Source of the DNA: Alphaproteobacteria bacterium
Lineage (GTDB): Bacteria > Pseudomonadota > Alphaproteobacteria > JASGCL01
NCBI GenBank assembly: GCA_965262605.1
Contig: CBDHFN010000003.1
Coordinates: 7,222 to 71,221, forward strand
DNA length: 64,000 nt
Reading direction: 5' to 3'
This document shows positions 39,113-49,309 of this stretch, piece by piece; position 1 is the stretch's first letter; each line of letters opens with the position of its first letter. The notes below the pieces were generated by a model. That model made no database searches. It was not told where the DNA came from and saw nothing but the letters and a program-made list of their open reading frames with translations. A program made the position numbers and the translations under genes.

Positions 39113-40453
39113 TTACCTTTTTTGAGTTAATTTTGATTTTTTGATTAATTTTTCATATTGATGGGCGAATAAATGCCCTTGAATTTGGGTAACCGTGTCC
39201 ATGGTAACTGATACCACGATAAGCAAGCTTGTGCCACCAAAATAAAATGGCACGGAATATTGCGAAATTAAAATTTCAGGCAAAACGCAAACCACCGCCA
39301 AATAAGCCGCACCAATACAGGTTAAACGGGTAAGAATATAATCAAAATAATCGGCTGTATTTTTGCCGGGGCGAATGCCCGTAATAAATCCACCTTGCTT
39401 GCGTAAATTTTCTGCCGTTTCTTCGGGGTTAAAAACAACCGCCGTATAAAAAAATGCGAAAAACACAATAAGCGTTACATAGGTAATAATATAGGCAATA
39501 TGACCGCGCCCTAAGGAAGTTGCGATAGTTTGCAACCAATCGGGGCCGGTATTTTGCAAGAATCCTAAAATTGTTAAAGGCAATAATAAAATTGAACTGG
39601 CAAAAATTGGCGGAATCACCCCTGCCGTGTTTAATTTTAACGGCATATGCGAAGTATCACCGCCAAATTGCTTATTGCCAACCATTCGTTTGGGGTAAGT
39701 AACTAAAATCTTGCGTTGCGCCCGTTCAATGAAAACTATAAAAGCCACAACTGCAATCGCTAATGCTAAAAAAATGATAATGAAAAAAGTGCTTAAAGCA
39801 CCATTTCTGCCCAATTCCAATAAGCGCACCAAAGCAACCGGTAAATTTGCAACAATCCCCGAAAATATAATCAAGCTTACGCCATTACCAATGCCGCGAT
39901 TTGTGATTTGCTCGCCCAACCACATTAAAAATAATGTGCCCGCCGTTAAAGTTGACACCGTGGTAATGATGAAAAAACTTTTGCTTAACACGACAACGGG
40001 ACCTACGGGGCTTGTCGCGCCAATAAGGCTTACCGCGATGCCGTAAGATTGCACAATGGCTAATAATAAAGTTAAATATCTTGTATATTGGCTTATTTTT
40101 TTGCGTCCCGCTTCACCATCTTTTTTTAATGCTTCAATCGCAGGCACAATGGAAGTTAATAATTGCATAATAATTGATGCCGAAATATAAGGCGCGATAT
40201 TTAACGCAAATATCGTCATGCGCCCCAAAGCACCGCCCGAAAACATATCAAACATGCCCAATATCCCTTGGGATTGGGTTTTAAAAATAGCCGCAAGCGC
40301 AACAGGATTAACACCGGGCAAAGGAATATATGTGCCAATTCGGTAAACAACCAAAGCCGCCAAGGCAAAAAATATCCGTGATTTTAACTCACTTGATTTG
40401 CCCATGGCAGACATGGAAAAGTTTTTTGCAAATTGATCAGTAACCGAAGCCAT
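39113..40453 (-). CDS. secY: preprotein translocase subunit SecY
   Basis: 446 aa with 10 TM helices, in the conserved rplO-secY-adk order. Confidence 0.95.
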   Translation of the reverse strand: MASVTDQFAKNFSMSAMGKSSELKSRIFFALAALVVYRIGTYIPLPGVNPVALAAIFKTQSQGILGMFDMFSGGALGRMTIFALNIAPYISASIIMQLLTSIVPAIEALKKDGEAGRKKISQYTRYLTLLLAIVQSYGIAVSLIGATSPVGPVVVLSKSFFIITTVSTLTAGTLFLMWLGEQITNRGIGNGVSLIIFSGIVANLPVALVRLLELGRNGALSTFFIIIFLALAIAVVAFIVFIERAQRKILVTYPKRMVGNKQFGGDTSHMPLKLNTAGVIPPIFASSILLLPLTILGFLQNTGPDWLQTIATSLGRGHIAYIITYVTLIVFFAFFYTAVVFNPEETAENLRKQGGFITGIRPGKNTADYFDYILTRLTCIGAAYLAVVCVLPEILISQYSVPFYFGGTSLLIVVSVTMDTVTQIQGHLFAHQYEKLIKKSKLTQKR

Positions 40454-40461
40454 TTGATTTA

Positions 40462-41007
40462 TTAAGCTGCTAAACGACTAGCGCGTTTTTTTTCTGAATC
40501 AACACGGCGTTGTTGGCGTTTGCCCCATTTCGCTGGCGTTGCTTTTTCAACAACTTTGACCGAACCACCCAATGATTCAATTAAGGCAACCACCGAAGCC
40601 GATGCACCCGCAACATCAAAATTGCAATTTTTAGCATCAAATGCAACATCAGAACCAACAAGGCGAATACCATCGCGTTTATTGCTTATCACACCCGCGG
40701 CAACAATCGCATCGCAAGTTATCGGTGATTTAATGTCAATTTTTTTCGCTTCAATGAATGGCAATAAGCGACCCAAAGAAATTGTGACAAAGCGTTTCGC
40801 ATTTGGATTTTTAAATCCGCGTTTCGGTAAACGGCGATATAAAGGCATTTGACCACCTTCAAACCCATTAATTGCCACGCCTGAACGGGCTGTTTGCCCT
40901 TTGCCACCGCGTCCGCAAGTTTTACCTTTGCCAGAGCCAATACCGCGTCCGACACGCATTCTTGATTTTCTTGCGCCTTCGTTATCAAATAATTCATTTA
41001 ATTGCAT
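40462..41007 (-). CDS. rplO: 50S ribosomal protein L15
   Basis: Gly/Arg-rich N-terminus ([21 protein letters not shown]). Confidence 0.9.
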   Translation of the reverse strand: MQLNELFDNEGARKSRMRVGRGIGSGKGKTCGRGGKGQTARSGVAINGFEGGQMPLYRRLPKRGFKNPNAKRFVTISLGRLLPFIEAKKIDIKSPITCDAIVAAGVISNKRDGIRLVGSDVAFDAKNCNFDVAGASASVVALIESLGGSVKVVEKATPAKWGKRQQRRVDSEKKRASRLAA

Positions 41008-41011
41008 GATG

Positions 41012-41221
41012 TTAACTTTCTAATTTAATTAAATGCTGAACTTTGCGAATCATGCCTTGCACCGAAGGTGTATCAATTAATTCGCTGGTTTTGTGCATTT
41101 TGTTTAAGCCCAAACCAATTAAGGTTGCCCGTTGATCCTTTTTGCGCCGAATCGGCGAACCAATTTGCGTAATTTTCACTGTTGCTGGTGCAACGGCTTG
41201 TTTTTCTGCTTTTTTTGCCAT
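41012..41221 (-). CDS. rpmD: 50S ribosomal protein L30
   Basis: 69 aa ([26 protein letters not shown]). Confidence 0.85.
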   Translation of the reverse strand: MAKKAEKQAVAPATVKITQIGSPIRRKKDQRATLIGLGLNKMHKTSELIDTPSVQGMIRKVQHLIKLES

Positions 41222-41394
41222 AATAATTTCCTAAAATTCGTTTAATATCTCTATTTAACTATGCCTTTTAATAAGTTATTCATTAAGAGTCAATAGATAT
41301 TTTAAGGAATAAGAATTTTTTTATGATATACCCTGATTACTGCCATGATATTGAGTGGCATTGGTATTTGTGCGAATCGCTTTATTATAACCAG

Positions 41395-41510
41395 AAAATA
41401 TAAATTCTTGCTGTTTTATTCGTTATATTTTGGGGGATTCCCCCAAACCCCCTTTACCAAGAATTTTAAGAATTTCTTTTAATTCCATTCAAGCGCAAAA
41501 TATATAAACT
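41395..41510 (-). repeat. solo copy of the G5-A-C5 repeat family (reverse orientation)
   Basis: AAATTCTTGCTGTTTTATTCGTTATATTTTGGGGGATTCCCCCAAACCCCCTTTACCAAGAATTTTAAGAATTT... matches array units at 37290..38340 and 44560..45660. Flanked by imperfect inverted motifs TTGAGTGGcATTG / CAATACCACTCAA. Confidence 0.7.
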
Positions 41511-41593
41511 CAATACCACTCAAACGAATCGCGACAATTATTCTTAGCCATTTTGTGCAAAAAAGCTGTTATTTTATAGAAAATTGCATGGTT

Positions 41594-43429
41594 TTATAAT
41601 TGAAATAATTCTTCTAATTGCGTCATCATGGTGCTTGCCAATTGTTCAACATCATTGATGGTTACGGCTTTTTTATAATAACGGGTAACATCGTGCCCAA
41701 TACCAATGGCGCATAATTCAACCGCGCGATATTTTTCAACATAATCAATGGCATCACGCAAATGGCGTTCCAAATAATTTGATTCATTCACCGATAAAGT
41801 AGAATCATCAACGGGGGCACCGTCCGAAATAACCATAAGGATTCTTCGTTCTTCGGAGCGTTTAAGCAATCGCCGATGCGCCCAAAGCAAGGCTTCGCCA
41901 TCAATATTTTCTTTCAAAAGCCCATCGCGCAACATTAAAGAAATATTGCGCCGTGCCTTGCGGTAAGGGGTTTGCGCCGATTTATAAATAATATGCCGCA
42001 AGTCATTTAATCGTCCGGGGTTATTTGGCTTGCCGTGTGCAAGCCATTTTTCGCGTGATAAGCCCCCCTTCCAGCGGCTGGTGGTGAAGCCTAAAATTTC
42101 AACTTTTAAGCCGCATCGCTCCAAAGTGCGCGTTAATATATCCGTAGAAATGGCGGCAATAGAGATTGGGCGACCGCGCATTGACCCAGAATTATCAATT
42201 AATAATGTCACCACCGTGTCTTTAAATTTCATTTCGCGTTCAATTTTATATACTAAATTTTGCGTGGGATCAATAATGATGCGGCTTAATCGGGCGTTAT
42301 CAATCATGCCATCTTCGGCATCAAAATCCCAAGACCGCAATTGTTCCGCCATTAATTTTCGTTGCAATCGGTTGGCTAATTTCGCAATGATTGAAGATAA
42401 ATCGCCCATTTGCTCGTCAAGAATTTTGCGGTATTTGTCAAATTCTTCATCGCGTTCAATTAATTCCTCGGCGGGAATTTCTTGGTCAAATTCTTTGGTA
42501 TAAACATTGTAAAAAGGTTCTTTGGGAATGTGCGATAAATCATGTTCGGGGCGCGGGCGTTTGTCCATTTCGCGCGTTTCATCGCCCGGTTCTGATGGTA
42601 ATGATTCTAAATTTTGATTTTCGTCAATTTCATCTTCACCATTTTCATCTTCTTTATCTAATTTTTCTTGTTCTTGTTCGGATAATTTTTGGCTATTATC
42701 CTCACTTCCATCGGATAAGGTTTGCTCATCTTGAGTTTCTTGAGGTTCTTGTTGTTCGGCGTCATCATCATTATCATTATTATCAAATTCGTCCTGCATA
42801 TCGGTTGGATTAAATAATAATTCTTGCAATAATTTTTGGGATTTTTCGGCAAATAATTTTTGATTATTCATATATGGGCTTAATTCTTCAATTAAGACTT
42901 GAAATTTTGACGCAATTTGCGGTTGCTTGATGGCGTAAAGACTTTGGGCGGTGGGGGGCACGGGTAATTTGCCAAATTGTTCGCGCGCGTATAATTTTAC
43001 TGATTCAATTTGCAATTCTTCGCTATTTTCATCTAATCTATCAAAACCCATACGCCGATAAGTTTTTTCCAAATCTGCCGTTAAATTTTGCTTGACACCA
43101 ATTAAATATTGCGAACCCACGGCTTCAACCCTTGCTTCTTCAAGCGCATCAAATAATGCCCCAGCTTGCTCGCTTTGGGGGCGGGATTTATGGTGAATAT
43201 TGGCGTTATGATAGCGATATTCAATAGCAATCTTATCGGTTGTGCCACGAAATTCCGCTAATTTTTCTTCGTCTGGATTAAAAGAAGGCGGCGGTAATTT
43301 GGCTTCTTTGTCCATGACGCCAGTTTCACCATTTTGGAAAACGACATTTAATATCGGCGCATCAGCAAGCGCCTTAAATCCAGCACCTATTTTGCGTTTC
43401 AAGCGTTCTTGCGGTTTTTCATTGCTCAT
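41594..43429 (-). CDS. cobT: CobT-like protein (aerobic cobaltochelatase subunit family) with acidic linker and C-terminal vWA domain
   Basis: 611 aa. N-terminus resembles alphaproteobacterial CobT. Asp/Glu-rich central stretch. vWA MIDAS motif ([11 protein letters not shown]). Confidence 0.65.
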   Translation of the reverse strand: MSNEKPQERLKRKIGAGFKALADAPILNVVFQNGETGVMDKEAKLPPPSFNPDEEKLAEFRGTTDKIAIEYRYHNANIHHKSRPQSEQAGALFDALEEARVEAVGSQYLIGVKQNLTADLEKTYRRMGFDRLDENSEELQIESVKLYAREQFGKLPVPPTAQSLYAIKQPQIASKFQVLIEELSPYMNNQKLFAEKSQKLLQELLFNPTDMQDEFDNNDNDDDAEQQEPQETQDEQTLSDGSEDNSQKLSEQEQEKLDKEDENGEDEIDENQNLESLPSEPGDETREMDKRPRPEHDLSHIPKEPFYNVYTKEFDQEIPAEELIERDEEFDKYRKILDEQMGDLSSIIAKLANRLQRKLMAEQLRSWDFDAEDGMIDNARLSRIIIDPTQNLVYKIEREMKFKDTVVTLLIDNSGSMRGRPISIAAISTDILTRTLERCGLKVEILGFTTSRWKGGLSREKWLAHGKPNNPGRLNDLRHIIYKSAQTPYRKARRNISLMLRDGLLKENIDGEALLWAHRRLLKRSEERRILMVISDGAPVDDSTLSVNESNYLERHLRDAIDYVEKYRAVELCAIGIGHDVTRYYKKAVTINDVEQLASTMMTQLEELFQL

Positions 43430-43438
43430 TTAAGTGCA

Positions 43439-44494
43439 TTAACCATAAATTTCTTGCCAAGCATTCGCAATTTCAATAGCGGTTGATTCAGAAAAATTCT
43501 TGGCTTGAATAATTTTAATTTTCTTTGGGTAAATATCCGCATTATTCAAATGAGCATTATCTAAAATAAAGCTTGCTTCGCGATTATATGTGCCTAAATT
43601 TAGTGTTTCTGAGGTATTTTTCGCAATCGCAGGCGAAAGCATTAAATCAATAAATGCGTGCGCGGCACTTAAATTATCGCTTGTTTTGGGGATAAGCACC
43701 GCATAATCATCGCGAATAATACCCTCTTCGGGCAGGGAAATCCCTAAATAATTAAACGATTTTTTAGCACTAATTATATCATGGGCAAAAGATACGGTTA
43801 TATCAGCATTATTATCAATAATTTGCTGAAAGCTGTTAAAATTAACGATGTTGCTGATATTTTTCTTGCAATTAGCAAGAAATTTTTGGGCATTTAAAAT
43901 TTCATCGCTGGTCGGATCGTTAAAATTAGCATTCATGTAATTTAATGCTAAGCGAAACATAATATTACCATCATTTAGCCATGCAATGCGCGCCGTGGTG
44001 CCATCACTTTTTGTCGTGGGCTTTGTAAAAATTGTGCCCCATGAAGTTTGTTTGGATAATTTTTTTTCGTTATACCCCAAAATAATATTGTAATAAAATA
44101 ATGGCAAAGAAAATTTTAAGGCTGTGTCGTAATTATTTTTGTAATTTTTTTCAATATTATCAAAATTTTTCAAATATTTAGGGTTAATCGGGTTTATATA
44201 ATTACGCTTAATATAAGGCGCAAGTTCTGAACCAGATGCAATTATGCAATCATATTTAACATTTTTCTGAATAATTTCTTTAGCTAATTCATCGTTATTA
44301 TAATAATTTTTTATATCTAAGACTACCCCATAAACCGAACGGAAATAATCGGTTAAATAGCGCGAATCATAAAATCCGGGGCATAAAATCTGCAATTGCC
44401 CCGCCGCGCGTAATTTATCCACTACGCCCCCGCTAAGTCCTGCAATAGCAATATATTGAACGAGTGATTTGAAAAAATTTCTTCTATCTAACAT
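43439..44494 (-). CDS. PotD/PotF-family periplasmic binding-like protein, Tat-type signal (paralog 3)
   Basis: RRNFF motif. Paralogous to 23955..26113 (SWGTIFT, LPEEG, LMLSPAIAK). No transporter genes adjacent. Confidence 0.55.
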   Translation of the reverse strand: MLDRRNFFKSLVQYIAIAGLSGGVVDKLRAAGQLQILCPGFYDSRYLTDYFRSVYGVVLDIKNYYNNDELAKEIIQKNVKYDCIIASGSELAPYIKRNYINPINPKYLKNFDNIEKNYKNNYDTALKFSLPLFYYNIILGYNEKKLSKQTSWGTIFTKPTTKSDGTTARIAWLNDGNIMFRLALNYMNANFNDPTSDEILNAQKFLANCKKNISNIVNFNSFQQIIDNNADITVSFAHDIISAKKSFNYLGISLPEEGIIRDDYAVLIPKTSDNLSAAHAFIDLMLSPAIAKNTSETLNLGTYNREASFILDNAHLNNADIYPKKIKIIQAKNFSESTAIEIANAWQEIYG

Positions 44495-44559
44495 GTTTGC
44501 AATTTTAGCTTGATTATTTTAAGAGTCAAGTAAAAAATAACATGACTTTCCTTATTTTT

Positions 44560-45660
44560 TATTTGATAAGATTATATTTATTATTTTGTATGGCAATAGT
44601 TTGGGGGATTCCCAAATCACGAAAACATTATAATTCGTGGCTGTTTGAACGCTTGCGCTTTAATGGGATTAAAGGATTGAACGATTGATTTTATAATTTC
44701 TGTTTCGCACCTTTTTAATATAATTCACGATAAACCACCCCGCTTGTTTATTGCCAAGGCAATTACGCAAGTATTGCAAAGCAAGCGTGGTGGTTTAAAA
44801 TCTTTTAATCATTAAAATTCTTAGAAAAATATATAAAATTCTTTTAATTCTTTTAATTTTATTTAAGCGTAAGCGTCAAAACGGGTGCGAACCGAAAAAA
44901 TTCATGCTGTTTTATTCGTTATATTTTGGGGGATTCCCCCAATCCCCCTTAAAATAGGATTTAAGGATTAAAAAGATTGAAGGATTTTTTTCTTTTTCAT
45001 CATGCAGGCATATATTTTTAAACGAATTTGATTAATTACTATTTTAATAATCCTATAATCCCATAATCCTATTAAAGCATAAGCGCAAAATAGAGTACGA
45101 AAATAAAAATTCTTGCTGTTTTATTCGCTATATTTTTGGGGGATTCCCCCAAACCCCCTTTACCAAGAATTTTAAGAATTGAAAAGAATTTTAAGAATTT
45201 TTTTCTTTGTCATCATGCAACCTTATATTTTTAACCGAATTTGATTAATTACTATTTTAATAATCCTATAATCCCATAATCCTATTAAAGCGTAAGCGCA
45301 AAATAGAGTACGAAAATAAAAATTCTTGCTGTTTTATTCGCTATATTTTTGGGGGATTCCCCCAAACCCCCTTTTGCAAAAATTTTAAGAATTGAAAAGA
45401 ATTTTAAGAATTTTTTTCTTTGTCATCATGCAACCATATATTTTTAACCGAATTTGATTAATTACTATTTTAATAATCCTATAATCCCATAATCCTATAA
45501 TCCCATAATCCCATAATCCTATTAAAGCGCAAGCGCAAAATATGGTGCGAAAATAGAAATTCTTGCTGTTTTAGATGGTGATATTTTAATAATCTTTTAA
45601 TCCTATTAAAGCGTAAGCGCAAAATAAGGTGCGACAATAAAAAATCATGCTAATATAAAA
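44560..45660 (-). repeat. tandem array of the same repeat family in inverted orientation (~4 units, first unit degenerate/interrupted)
   Basis: Reverse complement of the units of 37290..38340 (...TTTTGGGGGATTCCCCCAAACCCCCTTTACCAAGAATTTTAAGAATT...). Includes the ATAATCC(C/T)ATAATCC short tandem tracts. Confidence 0.85.
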
Positions 45661-45810
45661 GCTTTCATCACCGATGGCAATACCACTCAATCATATGGCG
45701 ATATTCATGCACAGCATCGTTGATGCTAAATTCTGAGGAATGTCCTGAAAAATAACAAGAGATTCCCCATTTTTATTGGATAAAAATTTATGCTGTTTTA
45801 AATTGTGGAT

Positions 45811-46515
45811 TTATCCAAATTTTTTAATAGCTTCTTGGTAAGATTCGGGAATACCCATATCAATAAAATAACCATCGCATGGCATGGCAAGAATCTGATT
45901 TTTCTGGCATAATTGCGGTAAAATATCAGTTTCAAACCCGCAAGGCTGGCGTTTAATTAAGTTTAAAACCGCTTGTTTGCGCACGGCATACACGCCCGCA
46001 TTAATATCGCCAGATTCATGAATGCCGTTTTTTTCACAAAACTCACTGACCCATTTTTTGCCTTTGATTATTTTGGTTTGCACCTTGCCGTATCGTGCGG
46101 TGCTTGCTTGATGCGATAAAGCCATGACTAATTCTGCCTTGGGCGTGTTTTGTAAATTAATCATGGCATCATGCCAATCACAATCAATAAAACTATCGCC
46201 ATTCACCACTAAAAATTCTGGTTCAAGGCGATTCGCCACCATGGCAAGCGCCCCAGCCGTGCCCATGGGGCTTGGCTCAATGAAAATTTGAATATGGGCA
46301 TTTTGCCGATTTAACAAATGATAGGGATAAAATTGTTCGCCCAAATACCCCGCCATTAATAATATTTTCGTAAATCCGCATTTAATTGCGTGGTTAATCG
46401 CCAAATCAATAAAGGGCTTATCGCCAATGGGCAATAAGGGCTTGGGCGTATTTTTGGTGTAATCACCTAATCTTGTGCCTTTACCGCCGACTAAAAAAAT
46501 ACATTGCATGTTCAT
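45811..46515 (-). CDS. sugar-phosphate nucleotidyltransferase (NTP_transferase family; HddC/GCD1-like)
   Basis: 234 aa with the N-terminal LVGGKGTRLGDYTKNTPKPLLPIGDKPFID signature (GGxGTRL). Confidence 0.7.
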   Translation of the reverse strand: MNMQCIFLVGGKGTRLGDYTKNTPKPLLPIGDKPFIDLAINHAIKCGFTKILLMAGYLGEQFYPYHLLNRQNAHIQIFIEPSPMGTAGALAMVANRLEPEFLVVNGDSFIDCDWHDAMINLQNTPKAELVMALSHQASTARYGKVQTKIIKGKKWVSEFCEKNGIHESGDINAGVYAVRKQAVLNLIKRQPCGFETDILPQLCQKNQILAMPCDGYFIDMGIPESYQEAIKKFG

Positions 46516-46597
46516 ATCCTTAATTTATCTTGATTCCGAAGAATCTGTTAAAAATTATACTAAGAGCGAATTTCAAAATTAATTTTTTAGAAGGATT

Positions 46598-46688
46598 AGA
46601 GGGCAAGAATACACGAAAAAGCGCAGTTTACATCTAGGTAATGAGCATTTTGAGGGTGTTCTTAACCGATTAAGGCAAATAAAAAATA
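46598..46688 (+). other. conserved ~90-nt intergenic element, copy 2
   Basis: About 80% identical to 23831..23920. Lies between two minus-strand genes. Confidence 0.4.
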
Positions 46689-46703
46689 ATTTTGAAATCG
46701 TCT

Positions 46704-47072
46704 CTAAAAACATTTCAGCACCCATAAATCAATGATGGGGTGGTCTAAAAAACTAACTTCGGGGGCGGAAGCCAACATCCAACCCGAAAATAACGGCGCA
46801 TTATCCTTGGCATTAATATCGTGTATCGTCAAAAAAGCCTTTGATTCAGGAATTTCATTGGGTTCAGATTGAAAACAAACCGATAAATTTATGATGATAT
46901 TTTGATAGTCAAATGGTTTGCCAATTTTGACGCTTATATCCTTAGTCTGCCCAGTAGTTTTATTAATTACCCGCAATTGCGCGTTAAAATTAGGAATATT
47001 GCCCGCCAAAACCGCCCATGAAAAAAACTGGCATGCCATAAAAATTATTAAATATTTCCGCAAATTTTTCAT
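46704..47072 (-). CDS. hypothetical secreted protein (signal peptide), conserved-alphaproteobacterial-like
   Basis: 122 aa with an N-terminal signal-like hydrophobic segment. No diagnostic motifs. Confidence 0.4.
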   Translation of the reverse strand: MKNLRKYLIIFMACQFFSWAVLAGNIPNFNAQLRVINKTTGQTKDISVKIGKPFDYQNIIINLSVCFQSEPNEIPESKAFLTIHDINAKDNAPLFSGWMLASAPEVSFLDHPIIDLWVLKCF

Positions 47073-47093
47073 TAATTTTCCTCCAATTGCCGA

Positions 47094-49307
47094 CTATAAT
47101 TGTCCAAGGGTGCGAACTTTCGTGCGCGGGTGAATTTCGGCTTGGGCGATGACGGGAACGGGGGTTCGGGATCGTTCCACCACTAAGCGCACGAAACGGC
47201 GCACATTGCCCGAAGTCAGCAAAATTGCTTGATGCCCTTGGTCGGAAGCTTGCCCAAATAAATCATCAACATTGGCGATAAATTGTTCAATTAATGATGG
47301 CTGCATGACAAAATTTTTCTCTTCACCATTGCCTTGTAAGCTTTGCACGAAGGCTTGTTCCCATTCTTCGGATAAGTGAATAATTGGTAATTCTTTGTCG
47401 GCATTTAAATATTGATGGCTAATTTGCCGATTAAGCGACACGCGCACCCATTCGGTCACACGATTGATGGATGTAATCCCCGATGAAAACGCCAAAGCCA
47501 TGCCCTCTAATATTGAGGCTAAATCCCGTATAGACACTCGTTCGCGCAATAAATTTTGTAAAACCCGTTGCACATCGGATACGGATATTTTATTGGGAAT
47601 AAGTTCATCGGCTAATTTTTTATGTTGTTCGGGTAAATCATCAATTAACTTACGGGTTTCGGCATATGATAATAAATCCGCCATATTGTCTTTGAGTATT
47701 TCGGTTAAATGCGTGGTAATAATCGTGCAAGGGTCAACCACGGTATAACCGCGAAAATGGGCATCTTCGCGCATATTTTCGGTAACCCAAACGGCGGGAA
47801 TTTTATAAACAGGTTCAACCGCTGGCTCACCGGGAATTGTTACCTTATCGCCCTTGGGGTCCATCACCATCAGCATTTTGGGGCGCAACTCGCCCACGCC
47901 TTCTTCAATTTCTTTGACGCGAATTACATAATTATTGCCCGGTAATTCCAAATTATCTTGAATCCGCACCGAAGGCATCACAAAACCAAATTCGGATGCT
48001 AATTGCTTGCGCAGATTTTTTATTAATTGCGTTAGGGTTAATTCGCCTTCGTTTAACAAGGATAATAAGCTATACCCCAATTCCATGCGCACCAAATCAA
48101 TTTGCAAGGAATTTTGAATCGGCTCATCGGGTGTGGCATTTTCAGCCTTTTGGGTTTCGGCATTATCCATCGGCTTATCGGCATCAACCGCGTCTCTTTG
48201 TGCCCTTCGGCGCATGACCAGCGCGAAAAATCCTAAAACTGCCGCCAATAAAATAAATGGCACGGGCGGCATTTTGGGAATAAATGCCATTAATAATAAA
48301 GTAACCGCGGCAACAATTAATACCCCAACATTTGTGCCTAATTGTTTGCCGATGGCGGAGTCAATTTTTTCTTCTACCCCCGCTTTAGTTGCTAATAAAC
48401 CTGCGGCAGTTGACACGATAAGTGAGGGAATCGTGCTAACTAAACCATCGCCAATGGTTAATATCGTGTATATTTCTGCGGCTTTGCTTAATGTTAAGCC
48501 GCCTTGAGCAACGCCGATAATAATGCCGCCCACGACATTAATTCCCGTAATTAATAAGCCTGCGACCGCATCGCCGCGCACGAATTTTGACGCACCATCC
48601 ATGCTACCATAAAATTTTGATTCGGCTTCTAAATCCTTGCGTTTTTGCTTGGCTTCGGCTTCGGTGATTAAGCCCGAAGATAAATCAGCATCAATGGATA
48701 ATTGCTTACCCGGTAAAGCGTCAAGGGTAAATCGGGCGGCAACTTCGGCGATTCTGCCTGCGCCTTTGGTAATAACCACGAAATTAATAATCATCAGAAT
48801 AATAAAGATAATCGTGCCAATCACAAAATTACCGCCCGCGACAAATTGCCCAAAGGCTTCAATAATATGCCCCGCTGCGCCCGTGCCGTTTTTACCCTCG
48901 CTTAATATAATTCTGGTTGATGCGACATTGAGTGATAAGCGAAACATAGCAGCGATAAGCAAAATCATCGGAAAAGTTGAAAATTTCACGGGATTTTCGG
49001 CAAAAACCACCGCCATCATGATTAATAATGACAAGGCAATGGAAATCGTCAGCAACCCGTCCAATAAAAAAGTTGGCAAGGGAATTAACATGATAGCTAA
49101 AATTGCCATCATGCCCGCAGGGAAAATAAACGACCCCGGGCTTAGGGCTAATTTTGACCCGCCCGTGATTCTGTCGGCTTTATCCAAAGTTTGATTAATC
49201 CGTTTGGCAAGCGAGCCTAAACCCAAGCCTAATGAGGGTGATTCACCACTCTCATTATCGCCTACGGCAGAAGTTTTCGGTAATTCAGAAGGAATTGCAT
49301 CAACCAT
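47094..49307 (-). CDS. flhA: flagellar biosynthesis protein FlhA
   Basis: 737 aa. TM region plus the conserved FHIPEP core (KGAGRIAEVAARFTLDALPGKQLSIDADL; FYGSMDGASKFVRGDA). N-terminal extension; the true start may be internal. Confidence 0.9.
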   Translation of the reverse strand: MVDAIPSELPKTSAVGDNESGESPSLGLGLGSLAKRINQTLDKADRITGGSKLALSPGSFIFPAGMMAILAIMLIPLPTFLLDGLLTISIALSLLIMMAVVFAENPVKFSTFPMILLIAAMFRLSLNVASTRIILSEGKNGTGAAGHIIEAFGQFVAGGNFVIGTIIFIILMIINFVVITKGAGRIAEVAARFTLDALPGKQLSIDADLSSGLITEAEAKQKRKDLEAESKFYGSMDGASKFVRGDAVAGLLITGINVVGGIIIGVAQGGLTLSKAAEIYTILTIGDGLVSTIPSLIVSTAAGLLATKAGVEEKIDSAIGKQLGTNVGVLIVAAVTLLLMAFIPKMPPVPFILLAAVLGFFALVMRRRAQRDAVDADKPMDNAETQKAENATPDEPIQNSLQIDLVRMELGYSLLSLLNEGELTLTQLIKNLRKQLASEFGFVMPSVRIQDNLELPGNNYVIRVKEIEEGVGELRPKMLMVMDPKGDKVTIPGEPAVEPVYKIPAVWVTENMREDAHFRGYTVVDPCTIITTHLTEILKDNMADLLSYAETRKLIDDLPEQHKKLADELIPNKISVSDVQRVLQNLLRERVSIRDLASILEGMALAFSSGITSINRVTEWVRVSLNRQISHQYLNADKELPIIHLSEEWEQAFVQSLQGNGEEKNFVMQPSLIEQFIANVDDLFGQASDQGHQAILLTSGNVRRFVRLVVERSRTPVPVIAQAEIHPRTKVRTLGQL

Positions 49308-49309
49308 GA

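Noticed and set aside
45743-45766. GATTCCCCATTTT 13-mer shared with 54961..54984 (upstream of fliF)
   Set aside because: Exact 13-mer matches are expected by chance many times in 64 kb on both strands (expectation in the tens), and the flanking similarity is marginal.
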